Below are positions 17,011 to 27,005 of a stretch of 39,411 bases of DNA, piece by piece. This stretch comes from an uncultured Ruminococcus sp. (lineage in GTDB: Bacteria; Bacillota; Clostridia; RUG12999): the NCBI GenBank assembly GCA_902784685.1, contig CACZWA010000002.1:1-39411 (forward strand), read 5' to 3'. The position numbers and the translations under genes are program-made. The notes below the pieces were generated by a model. It ran no database searches. It had not been told where the DNA came from and saw nothing but the letters and a program-made list of their open reading frames with translations. Position 1 is the first letter of the stretch, and each line of letters begins with the position of its first letter.

Positions 17011-18694
17011 AAACTCTTTCTATTTTATAGGTTTTATCATTATAGTTTACGGTAACAACCGTACCGTTTGAATATTCCGTGCGGAAAACTCCGCTTGAAA
17101 CTTCTTCGTGGTTTTCTATAAATTCAAATCTTTCGGGGCGGAGGGCTTCATAGTCCTCTGCCATTTGTTTTATTTTCTTTACGCTGTCTTTAAGCTGCTC
17201 ATCGGTATCGGCAAGAAAATCCTCCATGCCCATCCAGTTGTTGCCGGTTGCAAAATTTGCATAGTAACAAACAAGAGGTCTGCCGCCCCATTCAAAATAT
17301 TTCAATCTGTTATCGGGCTTTTTTGCCGTATAGTTAAGCGAAAAAGTGCAGGGATTATACATGATAATTCCGTGATAAACAATGTGCCAGAACGGAATAT
17401 ATTTGTCACATAGAGGTGTGTTTTCATCAGGCTCGGTTTTGTATACGGGATACATTACATAGTCTGTTTCGGCTGCGGCAAAGTCATAACCCGATTCCGA
17501 GGCAAAGCCGCCGAAATTTTTCCGTGCAAGCCGCATTATTTTTCTGTACCACTCCGCCGAATCTCTGCGGTTTAAGGGGTGGCTTTTGTCATAGCATTTT
17601 AAAAGCGGCAGTATGGTTATTACGTCAATATAGTGAACTCCTTCAAAGCCAAAGGATTTTATAAGCTCCTGGTTTGAAAGTTCAAAGCGTTCATACTGCC
17701 GTCTGGGACAGATTTTATGCGGTCTGCCGCCCGACCAGCAATACGGTCTTTTATGAAAGGTCATATCCTTGTTTTTAAGTAAATATTCCTCATCAAAGCA
17801 ATCGGCAATTGTGTATGCAGCGGTTGCATCATCGTGGCAGACAATGCCGTAACCCATGGAATGAAGCTTTTCTATAAGTTTCAGCATTTTTTCTTTGCCG
17901 CCGAGCTTTGGCTCAACCGGCAAAAGCTGCGGAAAGCGTCCGTCATGACCGCCGCTGTTCCAGCCGACAAGGCAAAACTCTGCCTTATCAATTCCCTGGG
18001 TCTTAAATTCATCGGCAATATCACCGACCCTGTCAAAGCTGCACGCAGCATACATGGACGGCTCGTTTTCGGGCGTCTGATATTCAACGGGACTCGGCGC
18101 AGGTTTCCAGCCCTGCCGTATTCGCACTTCAATTCCTTCGGTCGCTTTCATAAGTCTTTTATCGTTTGCGGCACGTTCTTTAAGAGGAACGCAGCCGCCA
18201 CGGGTAAGCTGATATTGCCTGTATTTTCTCGCCATTGCGGAGTACGAGCCGTCATCAAGGTTATAAAGTTCCACGCAAATATCCTCATACATTTCGTCAC
18301 AGTCAATATAGAAACGTGGATATAAATAATATACTCCGTCTTTTACGCCTATTTCCATGCCAAAATCGTATCTCATTCCGGTGACAATTGCAAGAACACC
18401 GGTTTTGCCCTTATTCATACCGTAGCATGCAACAAATGAATGGTCTTTTGAAGCCGAGAGGTTCTCTCTTTCGGTAAATTCTGTCAAATAAGTTCCGTCT
18501 GCCGCAAAATTGGTAACATAGTAGCCATCGCTGCCTGCTTTAACATTAAAATAATCGTAGAGAAAATCAATATATTTCACATTTCTTCCAACTTGTTCCT
18601 TTGCCAGACGGGCAATGGTTATGCCGTTTTTATTTGTAGCTTCAACGTCAAAATCTTCGGTATTTCCGCCGCTGTAATAAAATCTTGCTTTCAT
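17009..18694 (-). CDS. uncharacterised 561-aa cytoplasmic protein, possibly DUF5696-like / TIM-barrel glycosidase-like
   Basis: A long ORF with good coding character, no signal peptide and no TM segments. From memory it resembles proteins annotated as DUF5696 in Firmicutes sugar loci. It is divergent from an AraC regulator. The function is not established. Confidence 0.5.
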   Translation of the reverse strand: MKARFYYSGGNTEDFDVEATNKNGITIARLAKEQVGRNVKYIDFLYDYFNVKAGSDGYYVTNFAADGTYLTEFTERENLSASKDHSFVACYGMNKGKTGVLAIVTGMRYDFGMEIGVKDGVYYLYPRFYIDCDEMYEDICVELYNLDDGSYSAMARKYRQYQLTRGGCVPLKERAANDKRLMKATEGIEVRIRQGWKPAPSPVEYQTPENEPSMYAACSFDRVGDIADEFKTQGIDKAEFCLVGWNSGGHDGRFPQLLPVEPKLGGKEKMLKLIEKLHSMGYGIVCHDDATAAYTIADCFDEEYLLKNKDMTFHKRPYCWSGGRPHKICPRRQYERFELSNQELIKSFGFEGVHYIDVITILPLLKCYDKSHPLNRRDSAEWYRKIMRLARKNFGGFASESGYDFAAAETDYVMYPVYKTEPDENTPLCDKYIPFWHIVYHGIIMYNPCTFSLNYTAKKPDNRLKYFEWGGRPLVCYYANFATGNNWMGMEDFLADTDEQLKDSVKKIKQMAEDYEALRPERFEFIENHEEVSSGVFRTEYSNGTVVTVNYNDKTYKIERV

Positions 18695-18837
18695 AACAAA
18701 ACTCCTTATTATAAAATCTAAATATTGAATACAAGAATAATTTTCTATATTTATATTGATTTTAACACAATAATCGGTTATAATCTATATAGAATATAAA
18801 TATATATTTACAAAAAATAAACTTTTTGGAGTACAAT

Positions 18838-19707
18838 ATGACATATCAAATTCTATCAACACAGATAAATCCCTATGTAAGATTTGCGGGCTACCGTGAC
18901 GGATATTCAAATTTATACAAAAGAACATCATATGCAAGAGACTGCCGTTTGTTTTATTTTACCAAGGGCAGGGTAATTCTGATGATAGATAAAGCGGAAT
19001 GGACATTGGAACAGGGAGATGTGCTTATGTTGCCGCCCATGTGTCCGTATAAAGTCGAACGAGAAACAGATTGCGCTTTTTACCTTGTGAATTTTGATTA
19101 TCTTATATCAGAAAAAACGCCCGAAAGAGCAATCCCTGTTTCGTTTTCGCCGGATTGTTCGCCTGTACAAAAGGTGTGTTTCCGTGATTTGCCGCAGCTT
19201 GACGAACCACTTAAAATCAGTGTTTCGGGGCTTGAACCGCTGTTTTCAAATATGACTTCTCTTTATAAAGAAAAGACTTTTTATTTCAGAAGCGAAATGA
19301 ATGCGTATTTTTCGCTGATTTTGTCACAGCTTTTTGAACACATTTTAAGCCATAAAAATGACAAAGCCATATCGGATATTATCGAATATGTTAACGGCAA
19401 CTATATGAAACCGCTTACTAACAAAGCCGTCGGAGAACATTTTCACTATCACCCGAACTATGTTAACAGGCTCTTTGTAAGGCATACGGGGCTTTCGCTT
19501 CACAAATATCTTATTAATTACAGGATTGATACAGCGATTATAATGCTGCTTTCGGGAACTGACAGCATAACCGAAATTGCTTCAAAAACCGGCTGGAACA
19601 ATGTTGGACATTTTTCGGGATATTTTAAAAAAATAACCGGCTGTTCGCCAAGCTGTTTCCGAGAAAGAGGTATGTATTATTTGGGAAAAGGCAGAAACAA
19701 ATTATAA
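18838..19707 (+). CDS. AraC family transcriptional regulator
   Basis: The C-terminal AraC HTH is present (EHFHYHPNYVNRLFVRHTG, GWNNVGHFSGYFKKITGCSPSCFR), with a cupin-like N-domain. The ATG at 18838 is preceded by TGGAG. Confidence 0.8.
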   Translation: MTYQILSTQINPYVRFAGYRDGYSNLYKRTSYARDCRLFYFTKGRVILMIDKAEWTLEQGDVLMLPPMCPYKVERETDCAFYLVNFDYLISEKTPERAIPVSFSPDCSPVQKVCFRDLPQLDEPLKISVSGLEPLFSNMTSLYKEKTFYFRSEMNAYFSLILSQLFEHILSHKNDKAISDIIEYVNGNYMKPLTNKAVGEHFHYHPNYVNRLFVRHTGLSLHKYLINYRIDTAIIMLLSGTDSITEIASKTGWNNVGHFSGYFKKITGCSPSCFRERGMYYLGKGRNKL

Positions 19708-19902
19708 ACGCCGAAAACAAGGTAAAAAACGGTATGAATAGTTTTCGGAAAATGAAAATTATTTTTGTAGAAATGTACAATTTAAAAAAATATTATTGTG
19801 AAAAGTGACAATTTTTTTAAAATTGCTTGAGTTTTTCTTGCTTATATGTTAAAATAAAATATGTATGTTTTATTATATTATTCAGAAAGGAATGGGTAAA
19901 AA

Positions 19903-21180
19903 ATGACTGAAATATCCTTCCCGTACGGAAAGAAAAAAATGTCTTACAAATTTGATGAGAGCGAGCTTGCAGGCGTGCTTACATCATCAATAGAGAATTA
20001 TAAACCGGACGCAAAAGGTGAAGAGCTTGTTATTAAAGCGCTTGAAGCTCCGATTGGTTCTGAAAGATTAAGTGAGCTTGCAAAGGACAAGAAAAAAATC
20101 GTCATAATTGCAAGCGACCATACAAGACCTGTGCCGAGTAAGGTTATTATGCCGGCAATGCTTAAAGAAATACGAAAGGGAAATCCCGAAGCCGATATTA
20201 CCATTCTTATAGCAACAGGATGCCACAGAGGAACTACAAAAGAGGAACTGATAGGCAAATTCGGAGAGGATATTGTAAAAAATGAAAATATTTACATTCA
20301 CGACTGCGATGAGCGTGAAAAGCTTGTAAGTATAGGTACGCTTCCTTCCGGAGGAGAATGTGAAATAAACAAAATTGCATTTGAAGCCGACCTTCTTGTA
20401 TCCGAGGGCTTTATTGAGCCACACTTTTTTGCCGGCTATTCGGGCGGACGAAAGAGCGTACTTCCGGGTATTGCAGGAAGAAAAACCGTGCTTGCAAACC
20501 ACTGCTCGGAGTTTATTGATTCCGCAAATGCCAGAACGGGAGTGCTTGAAAATAACCCGATACATAAAGATATGCTTTGGGCGGCAAAAACCGCAAGGCT
20601 TAAATTTATTGTGAACGTTGTTTTAAATTCGTCAAAAGAGGTAATATATGCGGTTGCGGGCGACCTTGAAAAAGCCCATGAAAAGGGAACGGAGTTTTTG
20701 TCGTCGCTTTGCGGAGCAAAGGCTGTTCCTGCCGATATTGCAATTTCAACAAACGGCGGTTATCCGCTTGACCAAAACATTTATCAGGCGGTTAAAGGAA
20801 TGACTGCGGCAGAAGCTACGGTAAAAGAAGGCGGAGTTATTATTATGCTTGCGGCGTCAAATGACGGCACAGGCGGAGACTATTTTTACCATCAGCTTGC
20901 CGACGAGGAAAATTTAAGCAAGATTATGCGGCTTTTTTTGAGCAGGGGAAGGCTTGAAACCGTGCCTGACCAATGGGAAGCGCAAATTCTTACGAGGATA
21001 CTTCTTCATTCGAGAGTAATTTACGTTTCGGAGATGCCTGACGATATAATTAAAAATATGCATATGATTCCGGCACATTCGATTGATGAAGCGCTTACAA
21101 AAGCAAAGAATATTTTGGGTAAAGAAAATATAAAAATTGCCGCCATTCCGGACGGTGTATCGGTTGTTGTGAAAAAATAA
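19903..21180 (+). CDS. larA: nickel-pincer-dependent 2-hydroxyacid racemase/epimerase, LarA family (lactate racemase-like)
   Basis: LarA hallmarks IASDHTRP, GFIEPHFFAGYSGGRKSVLPG (catalytic His and cofactor-tethering Lys region) and LANHCS; 425 aa. Confidence 0.85.
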   Translation: MTEISFPYGKKKMSYKFDESELAGVLTSSIENYKPDAKGEELVIKALEAPIGSERLSELAKDKKKIVIIASDHTRPVPSKVIMPAMLKEIRKGNPEADITILIATGCHRGTTKEELIGKFGEDIVKNENIYIHDCDEREKLVSIGTLPSGGECEINKIAFEADLLVSEGFIEPHFFAGYSGGRKSVLPGIAGRKTVLANHCSEFIDSANARTGVLENNPIHKDMLWAAKTARLKFIVNVVLNSSKEVIYAVAGDLEKAHEKGTEFLSSLCGAKAVPADIAISTNGGYPLDQNIYQAVKGMTAAEATVKEGGVIIMLAASNDGTGGDYFYHQLADEENLSKIMRLFLSRGRLETVPDQWEAQILTRILLHSRVIYVSEMPDDIIKNMHMIPAHSIDEALTKAKNILGKENIKIAAIPDGVSVVVKK

Positions 21181-21213
21181 ATAATATATGTTTTTAATGT
21201 TGGAGGTGTAAGA

Positions 21214-22002
21214 GTGAAAATACTTGTATGTATAAAACAAGTACCGGGCTCAAACAACGTGGAGGTTGACCCTGTTACAGGCGTTCTTAAAAGAAACGGA
21301 GTTAAAAGCAAGATGAATCCGTATGACCTCTATGCGATTGAGACAGCGTTAGATGTATGCGAGAAGTACGGAGGAAGTGTGGAAACACTTACCATGGGTC
21401 CGCCTCAGGCAAAGGAAATTATAATAGAATCCGTTTGTATGGGCGCAAAATCGGGAACAGTGCTTTCCGACCGTAATTTTGCGGGCGCAGATGTGCTTGC
21501 AACGGCTTATACTATTTCGCAGGGTATAAAAAAATGCGGAGAGTACGACCTTATAATCTGCGGCAAGCAGACAACGGACGGAGATACAGCGCAGGTCGGC
21601 GCAGAGGTTTCGGAATATCTCGGTTTGCCGAATATTTCAAATGTTTCGTCGGTTGACGGTATAGAGGACGGCAAAGTCAAAATTACGGCGTCGCTTGATG
21701 ATAAGGTTGTAAAAATGGCAGTAAAAATGCCATGCCTTATATCGGTTGACGGAGATATAAATACTCCGAGGCTTCCGTCATATAAAATCCGTAAAAGTGT
21801 AACGGATGACGCTGTTACATTTGTTTCAATGAATGATTTTGCCGATAAAGACACAAGCCACTACGGGCTTTTGGGCTCGGCAACTCAGGTTGAGAGAATT
21901 TTTCCGCCGGAAAAAACAAAGGAAAGACATACTATTACCGGAACAAGTGAGGAGCAGACAAACAGCCTTTTTGAAATAATTTGCAAACAAAAACTTATAT
22001 AG
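21214..22002 (+). CDS. etfB: electron transfer flavoprotein beta subunit (bifurcating-type)
   Basis: MKILVCIKQVP N-terminus and CGKQTTDGDTAQVG. From memory that motif is typical of bifurcating Etfs rather than the DDD..QTG of housekeeping Etfs. GTG start with GGAGGTG RBS. Confidence 0.88.
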   Translation: MKILVCIKQVPGSNNVEVDPVTGVLKRNGVKSKMNPYDLYAIETALDVCEKYGGSVETLTMGPPQAKEIIIESVCMGAKSGTVLSDRNFAGADVLATAYTISQGIKKCGEYDLIICGKQTTDGDTAQVGAEVSEYLGLPNISNVSSVDGIEDGKVKITASLDDKVVKMAVKMPCLISVDGDINTPRLPSYKIRKSVTDDAVTFVSMNDFADKDTSHYGLLGSATQVERIFPPEKTKERHTITGTSEEQTNSLFEIICKQKLI

Positions 22003-22011
22003 GAGACAGCT

Positions 22012-23211
22012 ATGGGAAGACTTGTTATTAATCAAAAACTTGTTAATGCAGAAAATGCAAAGGAAATTATAAAAATTTGTCCTTTTGGCGCAATAGCTTA
22101 CGAAAACGGAAAACTCGATATTTCTTCTGCCTGCAAAATGTGTAAAATATGTACCAAAAAGAGCGGCGGAGTGATTGAATACAGGGAAGAAGAACCGAAA
22201 AATATTGTTGATAAATCTAAGTGGAACGGAATTTGTGTTTATGCCGACCATAACGGAGGCAAAATTCACAGGGTTACATACGAGCTTTGCGCAAAAGCAA
22301 AGGAGCTTGCAAAGGTTACGGGGCACGAGGTTTATGCGCTGATAATCGGAAGCAATGTGGGCGAGTGTGCGCAGAAGCTTTTATATTACGGGGTTGACAA
22401 GGTGTTTGTTTATGATAATCCCGGCTTTGAAAGCTTTAAAATTGAGCCATACACCGCCGCCTTTTATGACTTTGTGCAGAAAATAAAGCCATCGTCGGTT
22501 CTTGTGGGAGCTACCAATCTCGGCAGACAGCTTGCACCCAGAATTGCGGCAAAATGCAGGGCAGGTCTTACGGCAGACTGTACCGTTCTTGAAATGAAGC
22601 CCAATACCGACCTTGTTCAGATACGTCCGGCTTTTGGCGGAAACATTATGGCACAGATTATATCAACAAACACAAGACCTCAATTTTGTACGGTCAGATA
22701 TAAGGTATTTAACGAGCCGAAGCCGCAGGAAAACGCTTCGGGAGAAATAATAGCTATGAAGACGGAGGAAGCCATGCTCGCTTCCGCAATTGATATACTT
22801 TCAAGCTCGGCAAAACCGAAGGATATTGACATAAGCGAGGCGGATGTTATAGTTGCAGTCGGCAGGGGTGCTTCGAGCGAAACCATGCGTGCTTATGCAA
22901 GCGAGCTTGCCGAGCTTTTGGGCGGAATTGTTGCCTGTTCGAGACCGCTTGTTGAAAGTAATATTTTTGATGCAAAGCATCAGATAGGTCTTTCGGGAAG
23001 AACGGTAAAGCCGAAATTTATAATATGTCTCGGAATATCGGGCGCCGTTCAGTTTGCCGCAGGTATGAAAGGTGCCGATACAATTGTTGCCGTAAACAGC
23101 GATAAAGCCGCACCGATACTTGATGTGGCAGATTATACGCTTGTGGGCGACGTTCAGGAAATTGTTCCTGCTCTTATTGCTAAAATAAAGGAAGTGAAAG
23201 CAGATGTATAA
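22012..23211 (+). CDS. etfA: electron transfer flavoprotein alpha subunit with N-terminal ferredoxin-like Cys domain
   Basis: An N-terminal extension of about 60 aa carries CPFGAI...CKMCKIC (a 4Fe-4S-like Cys pattern). The C-terminal Etf FAD domain is present ([19 protein letters not shown]). Confidence 0.88.
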   Translation: MGRLVINQKLVNAENAKEIIKICPFGAIAYENGKLDISSACKMCKICTKKSGGVIEYREEEPKNIVDKSKWNGICVYADHNGGKIHRVTYELCAKAKELAKVTGHEVYALIIGSNVGECAQKLLYYGVDKVFVYDNPGFESFKIEPYTAAFYDFVQKIKPSSVLVGATNLGRQLAPRIAAKCRAGLTADCTVLEMKPNTDLVQIRPAFGGNIMAQIISTNTRPQFCTVRYKVFNEPKPQENASGEIIAMKTEEAMLASAIDILSSSAKPKDIDISEADVIVAVGRGASSETMRAYASELAELLGGIVACSRPLVESNIFDAKHQIGLSGRTVKPKFIICLGISGAVQFAAGMKGADTIVAVNSDKAAPILDVADYTLVGDVQEIVPALIAKIKEVKADV

Positions 23212-24598
23212 CAAAGTAACGGCAGAGGATATACAAACACTTAAAAATATAGTCGGCGATGAATATGTTACAGTCGGCGGCGATATAAGCGCAGATTACG
23301 GTCATGACGAGCTTGGCGGCATTGAACATATGCCGGAGGTGCTTGTAAAGGTATGCTCGACCGAGGAGGTTTCGGGCGTTATGAAGCTTGCATGGGAGAG
23401 AAATATCCCCGTAACTGTCAGAGGAAGCGGAACAGGTCTTGTAGGGGCGGCGGTACCTGCCTTTGGCGGAATACTCCTTGAAACCACAAGAATGAATAAA
23501 ATTATTGAGCTTAACAGCGACACTCTTACTGTCCGTGTTCAGCCGGGCGTTCTTCTTATGGAGCTTGCCGCTTTTGCGGAAGAGAATGATTTTATGTATC
23601 CGCCCGACCCCGGTGAAAAATCCGCAACAATAGGCGGAAATATTTCCACCAATGCAGGTGGTATGAGGGCTGTAAAATACGGAGTTACGAGAGATTATGT
23701 GAGAGCGCTTACCGTTGTTATGCCTGACGGTGAAATAGTTGAGCTTGGCAGCAACGTGGCAAAAAACAGCTCCGGCTACAGTCTTAAAGACCTTGTTGTC
23801 GGCTCGGAAGGAACACTTTGCGTTATTTGCGAAGCAACTCTTAAGCTTATTCCTTTGCCGAAGGTTTCGGTAAGTCTGCTTGTTCCTTTTACCGATATGA
23901 AAAGTGCAATTGAAGCCGTTCCGAAAATTTTCAGGTCTAAAATCACACCGACAGCAATCGAATATATGTCGAGAGATACAATAATGTTTTCGGAAAGCTA
24001 TCTGGGCAAAAAATTCCCCGATACAAAAAACGACGCATATATTCTTCTTACAATTGACGGCAACACAGATGAGCAGGTTTCGGGTGAGGTAAACAGTATT
24101 GCCGAGCTATGCCTTGAAATCGGTGCGCTTGACGTTTATATTGTCGATACCGATGAACGTAAAAAATCCGTTTGGTCGGCAAGAGGCGCATTTCTTGAGG
24201 CAATTAAAGCGTCAACCACGGAAATGGATGAGTGCGATGTTGTTGTGCCTGTTAATAAGGTGGATGAGTTTATAAAGTACACTCATCAGCTTGCCGAAAA
24301 ATTCGGTGTTCGTATTCCGAGCTTTGGCCATGCGGGCGACGGAAATCTTCATGTTTATATTTGCCGTGACGAGCTTGAAAGTTCCGAGTGGGAAAAGCTT
24401 CTTGAAGAATGTTTTGAGCTTATGTACAAAAAAGCAGAGGAAATGGGAGGACTTGTTTCGGGTGAACACGGCATAGGCTACGCTAAAAAGCAGTATATAA
24501 AGAAGCAGTACGGAGAAACGCCGATTATGCTTATGCAAGGAATAAAAAAAGTGTTTGACGAGAAGAATATTTTAAATCCCGGAAAAGTATGTTTCTGA
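23204..24598 (+). CDS. lctD: FAD-linked oxidase, GlcD/D-lactate dehydrogenase family (LctD-like)
   Basis: FAD-binding PCMH segment [16 protein letters not shown] and C-terminal [10 protein letters not shown]. The start overlaps the etfA stop by 8 nt. Confidence 0.82.
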   Translation: MYNKVTAEDIQTLKNIVGDEYVTVGGDISADYGHDELGGIEHMPEVLVKVCSTEEVSGVMKLAWERNIPVTVRGSGTGLVGAAVPAFGGILLETTRMNKIIELNSDTLTVRVQPGVLLMELAAFAEENDFMYPPDPGEKSATIGGNISTNAGGMRAVKYGVTRDYVRALTVVMPDGEIVELGSNVAKNSSGYSLKDLVVGSEGTLCVICEATLKLIPLPKVSVSLLVPFTDMKSAIEAVPKIFRSKITPTAIEYMSRDTIMFSESYLGKKFPDTKNDAYILLTIDGNTDEQVSGEVNSIAELCLEIGALDVYIVDTDERKKSVWSARGAFLEAIKASTTEMDECDVVVPVNKVDEFIKYTHQLAEKFGVRIPSFGHAGDGNLHVYICRDELESSEWEKLLEECFELMYKKAEEMGGLVSGEHGIGYAKKQYIKKQYGETPIMLMQGIKKVFDEKNILNPGKVCF

Positions 24599-24685
24599 TA
24601 ACAAAAATTTATCAGTCTGTCACAAAACGGCTGGCTTATACTTTGAAAATACCTGTAAAATGAGCATATTGTTTTTAGAAAAATA

Positions 24686-24714
24686 TTGACTTTAAGGGAA
24701 AAGTATGATATACT
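24686..24714 (+). promoter_or_regulatory. putative promoter of the SLH protein gene (TTGACT-17 nt-TGaTATACT)
   Basis: TTGACT at 24686-24691 and an extended -10 at 24706-24714. Confidence 0.55.
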
Positions 24715-24767
24715 ATAATCGTATTTTAATAGTTAAAGTTAGAATTATATTATAAGGAGAGAGGGTA

Positions 24768-26900
24768 ATGAAAAGAAAAATTATTGCGTTTCTTTTAGCA
24801 CTTGCGGTAATGCTCAGCTTGTCGCTTACGGTGGCAGCGGCAGACACACAAGCACTTGAGAACGCAAGAAACAAATTGAAAGAAACGGTCGATGTACCGA
24901 CTGACATTAAAATTCAGCGTGTTGACAAAGGCGTTTATGAGGAGTCGCATATTGATACAGCGTTTGCTGCAAATACTGCTGAATTTATCTATAAAGCTTC
25001 AATAGATATGCAGCCGGTAAGAGATGAGTTTAACGCTTATTTGGCTTATGCCGAGCAGCTTAGATCTTTTGGCTTAACAGATGCTGATCTTTACAGTGTT
25101 AATGTTTCGGGTTACTTTAATGTTTATGTAGTATTCCCGGAAGTTATAGGAAACCTTATAGGCGACAGTATTAAAAATCCTGCGGACGATATGCACGGCT
25201 TTACCTTCTCCGTTCCTGAAGCGGCTTCGGTATATACCGAGAAAAACCCTGATACAGGCGCTATTGAGCGTAAATGGACGCAGGATTCTACAACAAAAGA
25301 ATACACTCTTAAAATAAAAGTATATCCGAAGTCACCAAGCGGCGGCACGCTTAAAGCAGGTGACCTTGCGGCAATTGATGATTCAAACCCGCTTTATGCA
25401 CAGTATGCACCTAAAAGTGCTGCTGAATATCTTGCTGACATTCAGCTTGAAATTCAGGCAGATGAAAAGCTTGCCGTGGTAATGGATGCAAGCGACACAT
25501 ATGCCCATGAAACGGTTTACGGCTATATCGACGGTCAGACAGACTATTATGTAACCGATGGAGCAAACATCCGGGAAATCCGTTCAACTTCTTATAAGGC
25601 TGTTCAGCTTGAAGGTGCAGAGGATACCCTTGTAGAAACAAAGCCGTCAGATGAGGCAGATACGGTGAAATCAAACCAGATAAGCGCAACCTACGATCTT
25701 AGACGTACCGGAATAAAGAAAGTTGAATTCTCGGTTAACGGTACTTATCTTAGCGGTTCTGCAAAAGACGGAAAGAATTATAACGGTATTATAGACCCGC
25801 TTTATGATGAAAATGCCATCGTAGTTGATGTAACAGGTAACGATTATAATGTTCCGAATGTTAAAAGCGGTTATGTATTTAAAGGTTGGTCGCTCACACC
25901 GAACGGTGAGGTTATAAGCGGAGAACAAGAATATACAGCTGATTTAACAACTCTTTACGCTGTATTTGAAAAATCCAAGTTAGGCGGAGGAGGTTCTTCT
26001 TCGGGACGTACTACCGTAAGCTTTGTTGTTGACGGTGAAAAAGGCGTTGTAGACAGCATAACAGGAAACATTCCGGTTAAAGTAAAGCTTGATGAAGTAA
26101 ACGTTCCGCTTAAAACCGGTTATGTATTTGACGGTTGGTACTTGAATGAAGATATGACAGAAAAAGCTGATAATGATTTCAGCACGTCAAAGGCAGTAAC
26201 TCTTTACGGAAAATATGTTAAATATACCGCACCCGACAGACTTAACACCGAAAAGCATATGGCATACATTATCGGTTATCCCGAAGGTGATGTAAGACCC
26301 GAAAACAATATCTCCCGTGAAGAAGTTGCAACAATAATCTACCGACTTCTTAATGAAGATTACAGAGATACAATTCTCACAACCGAAAACGACTTCCCGG
26401 ATGTTGAGCCCACAAGATGGTCCAACAGAATTATATCCACAATGGAAAACGGAGGATATATAAGAGGTTATGAGGACGGTGCGTTCAGACCGGGCAACCC
26501 CATAACAAGAGCAGAGTTCGTAACAATAGTTTCGTACTTTACGAACGACCCGAATAAGGTTGCGGGAAGTTTCACGGATATATCCGGTCATTGGGCAGAA
26601 GAAAGAATTCGTATTGCAACGGCAAACGGATGGATTGCAGGTTACGAGGACGGTTCGTTCAGACCGAACAATTATATAACAAGAGCAGAAGCAATAACAA
26701 TCATTAACAGACTTCTTGACCGTCATGTAAATGCAGAAGGGCTTCATGCTGACGCTATTCAGTGGCCCGATAACCTTGAAGGTATGTGGTACTACTACGA
26801 TATGCTTGAAGCTACAAACCCGCATAATCATGAAAGATTTGCGGACGGAGTATATGAGAAATGGACAGAAATAACTGACTGGTTCCCGCTTCTTGTATAA
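24768..26900 (+). CDS. secreted cell-surface protein with Listeria-Bacteroides (Flg_new-type) repeats and three C-terminal SLH domains
   Basis: Signal peptide MKRKIIAFLLALAVMLSLSLTVAAA. Two GYVF(K/D)GW...TLY repeats are separated by a GGGGSSSG linker. There are three SLH-like modules (GY(P/E)(E/D)G.FRP...I(S/T)R(E/A)E...I..R). Confidence 0.8.
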   Translation: MKRKIIAFLLALAVMLSLSLTVAAADTQALENARNKLKETVDVPTDIKIQRVDKGVYEESHIDTAFAANTAEFIYKASIDMQPVRDEFNAYLAYAEQLRSFGLTDADLYSVNVSGYFNVYVVFPEVIGNLIGDSIKNPADDMHGFTFSVPEAASVYTEKNPDTGAIERKWTQDSTTKEYTLKIKVYPKSPSGGTLKAGDLAAIDDSNPLYAQYAPKSAAEYLADIQLEIQADEKLAVVMDASDTYAHETVYGYIDGQTDYYVTDGANIREIRSTSYKAVQLEGAEDTLVETKPSDEADTVKSNQISATYDLRRTGIKKVEFSVNGTYLSGSAKDGKNYNGIIDPLYDENAIVVDVTGNDYNVPNVKSGYVFKGWSLTPNGEVISGEQEYTADLTTLYAVFEKSKLGGGGSSSGRTTVSFVVDGEKGVVDSITGNIPVKVKLDEVNVPLKTGYVFDGWYLNEDMTEKADNDFSTSKAVTLYGKYVKYTAPDRLNTEKHMAYIIGYPEGDVRPENNISREEVATIIYRLLNEDYRDTILTTENDFPDVEPTRWSNRIISTMENGGYIRGYEDGAFRPGNPITRAEFVTIVSYFTNDPNKVAGSFTDISGHWAEERIRIATANGWIAGYEDGSFRPNNYITRAEAITIINRLLDRHVNAEGLHADAIQWPDNLEGMWYYYDMLEATNPHNHERFADGVYEKWTEITDWFPLLV

Positions 26901-26920
26901 TATAAAATCAGTTTAATAAG

Positions 26921-26958
26921 ACACCTCCGAAAGATTTATGTCCTTCGGAGGTGTTTTC
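26921..26958 (+). terminator. intrinsic terminator after the SLH protein gene
   Basis: 11-bp stem ACACCTCCGAA / TTCGGAGGTGT followed by TTTTC. Confidence 0.7.
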
Positions 26959-27005
26959 GGATAAGGAAAAATTACATTAAAAAGCAGAATGGAATGGAGA
27001 TTATT

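Noticed and set aside
19796-19811. Rex (redox repressor) box upstream of larA
   Set aside because: TTGTGAA-AA-GTGACAA has the right left half-site. However, the spacing is 2 nt rather than 4, and the right half is mismatched compared with TTGTGAA-N4-TTCACAA.
26187-26831. 214-aa ORF on the - strand
   Set aside because: It is antisense to the SLH-domain region of the surface protein and has no supporting signals.
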